The notes under the pieces were generated by a model. It worked only from the letters and a program-made list of their open reading frames with translations, was not told where the DNA came from and searched no databases. From Mobula hypostoma (taxonomy: Eukaryota): 64,000 nt of DNA. Location of the stretch: contig NC_086097.1 in assembly GCF_963921235.1 (NCBI RefSeq), forward strand, positions 161,698,001-161,762,000, read 5' to 3'. A program made the translations under genes and the position numbers. Shown here one piece after another: positions 63,450 through 64,000 of this stretch (its first letter is position 1; each line of letters starts with the position of its first letter).

Positions 63450-64000
63450 AGTTTGCAATCTTTTCTTTAACTGAATTGTTGCAATACTAGGAAGTATGTT
63501 TAGGTTGATTCTTCCAGCAGAAAACTATTTGGATAGATTATGGGTGAATGTTCAGTCTTTTTCCTGGCCTCACCTTGGCAGAGGAGGCCAAGCACAAACC
63601 AGAAGAACAGAACCTCATTTTGCCTCAGTTTATAACCCTGCAACACTGAATTCTCCACTTTCATGTGACCTATTTGCCTCTGTCCCCTTTTCTCTATTCC
63701 TGGATTCTTCCACATACCCTTATTTTCCATAGCCTCCACCCCTCACTTCTCTACCTATCACCCACACTCTCCTCACAACTGGGTCCTTATTCATTCCTCT
63801 CTTGAACCCACATCCCCACTATTCCAATCTAACCACCATCCCTCCTTTATTTGGTTCCGTTTCACCCTTTTTAAAAAAAAAAAATCAAATTCTATATTCG
63901 GCAACTCTTGTTGCTACTTACCACCTCTCAGCCTCTGTCACCATATCTACCCTTTCCACTGGCACAAGTCTCCAATTCCGAATGAACACATCACCTGTAA
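63450..64000 (+). mobile_element. Decayed Penelope-like GIY-YIG tail and pyrimidine tract
   Basis: gaggccaagcacaaaccagaagaacagaacctcatttt (EAKHKPEEQNLI), actgaattctcc, then C/T-rich tract as at 13.6 kb. Confidence 0.6.

Noticed and set aside
1..64000. CRISPR arrays, tRNA or rRNA genes, prokaryotic operons, or a named host gene
   Set aside because: No regularly spaced repeats or recognisable structural RNA genes seen; the sequence is eukaryotic; I could not match the exon peptides to a gene I know, so no symbol is given

Overview
Eukaryotic, repeat-dominated vertebrate DNA. The mix of CR1, Rex1/Babar-type, Penelope-like and Tigger repeats suggests a cartilaginous fish, probably a ray (inference from repeat style only). 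Nearly all ORFs in the supplied track are decayed transposon fragments or their antisense shadows. The host signal is a CpG island at ~30.0-30.8 kb that looks like a bidirectional promoter. It has (i) a minus-strand candidate gene whose putative first coding exon (MAAKE, 30168-30183) is phase-compatible with three tiny exons at 3260-2869, giving a peptide I cannot name, and (ii) a plus-strand transcript with an apparently non-coding, uORF-containing first exon (donor at 30496) and a possible second UTR exon near 54.2 kb. The most unusual recurring signal is a set of Penelope-derived termini carrying minimal hammerhead-ribozyme motifs. Several of them are short foldback elements whose hairpin apex sits at or near the ribozyme core, and no single ribozyme copy is intact. 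Also present: a solo LTR with a perfect 5-bp TSD, a probable Chapaev3 transposase remnant, an internally deleted Tigger with a ~100-bp-arm hairpin, a Tc1 end remnant, a hAT/Charlie MITE fragment, nested LINE insertions and a (CCTCCCT)n array inside a CR1 remnant. Boundaries of decayed repeats are approximate and family names come from motif recognition, not database search.
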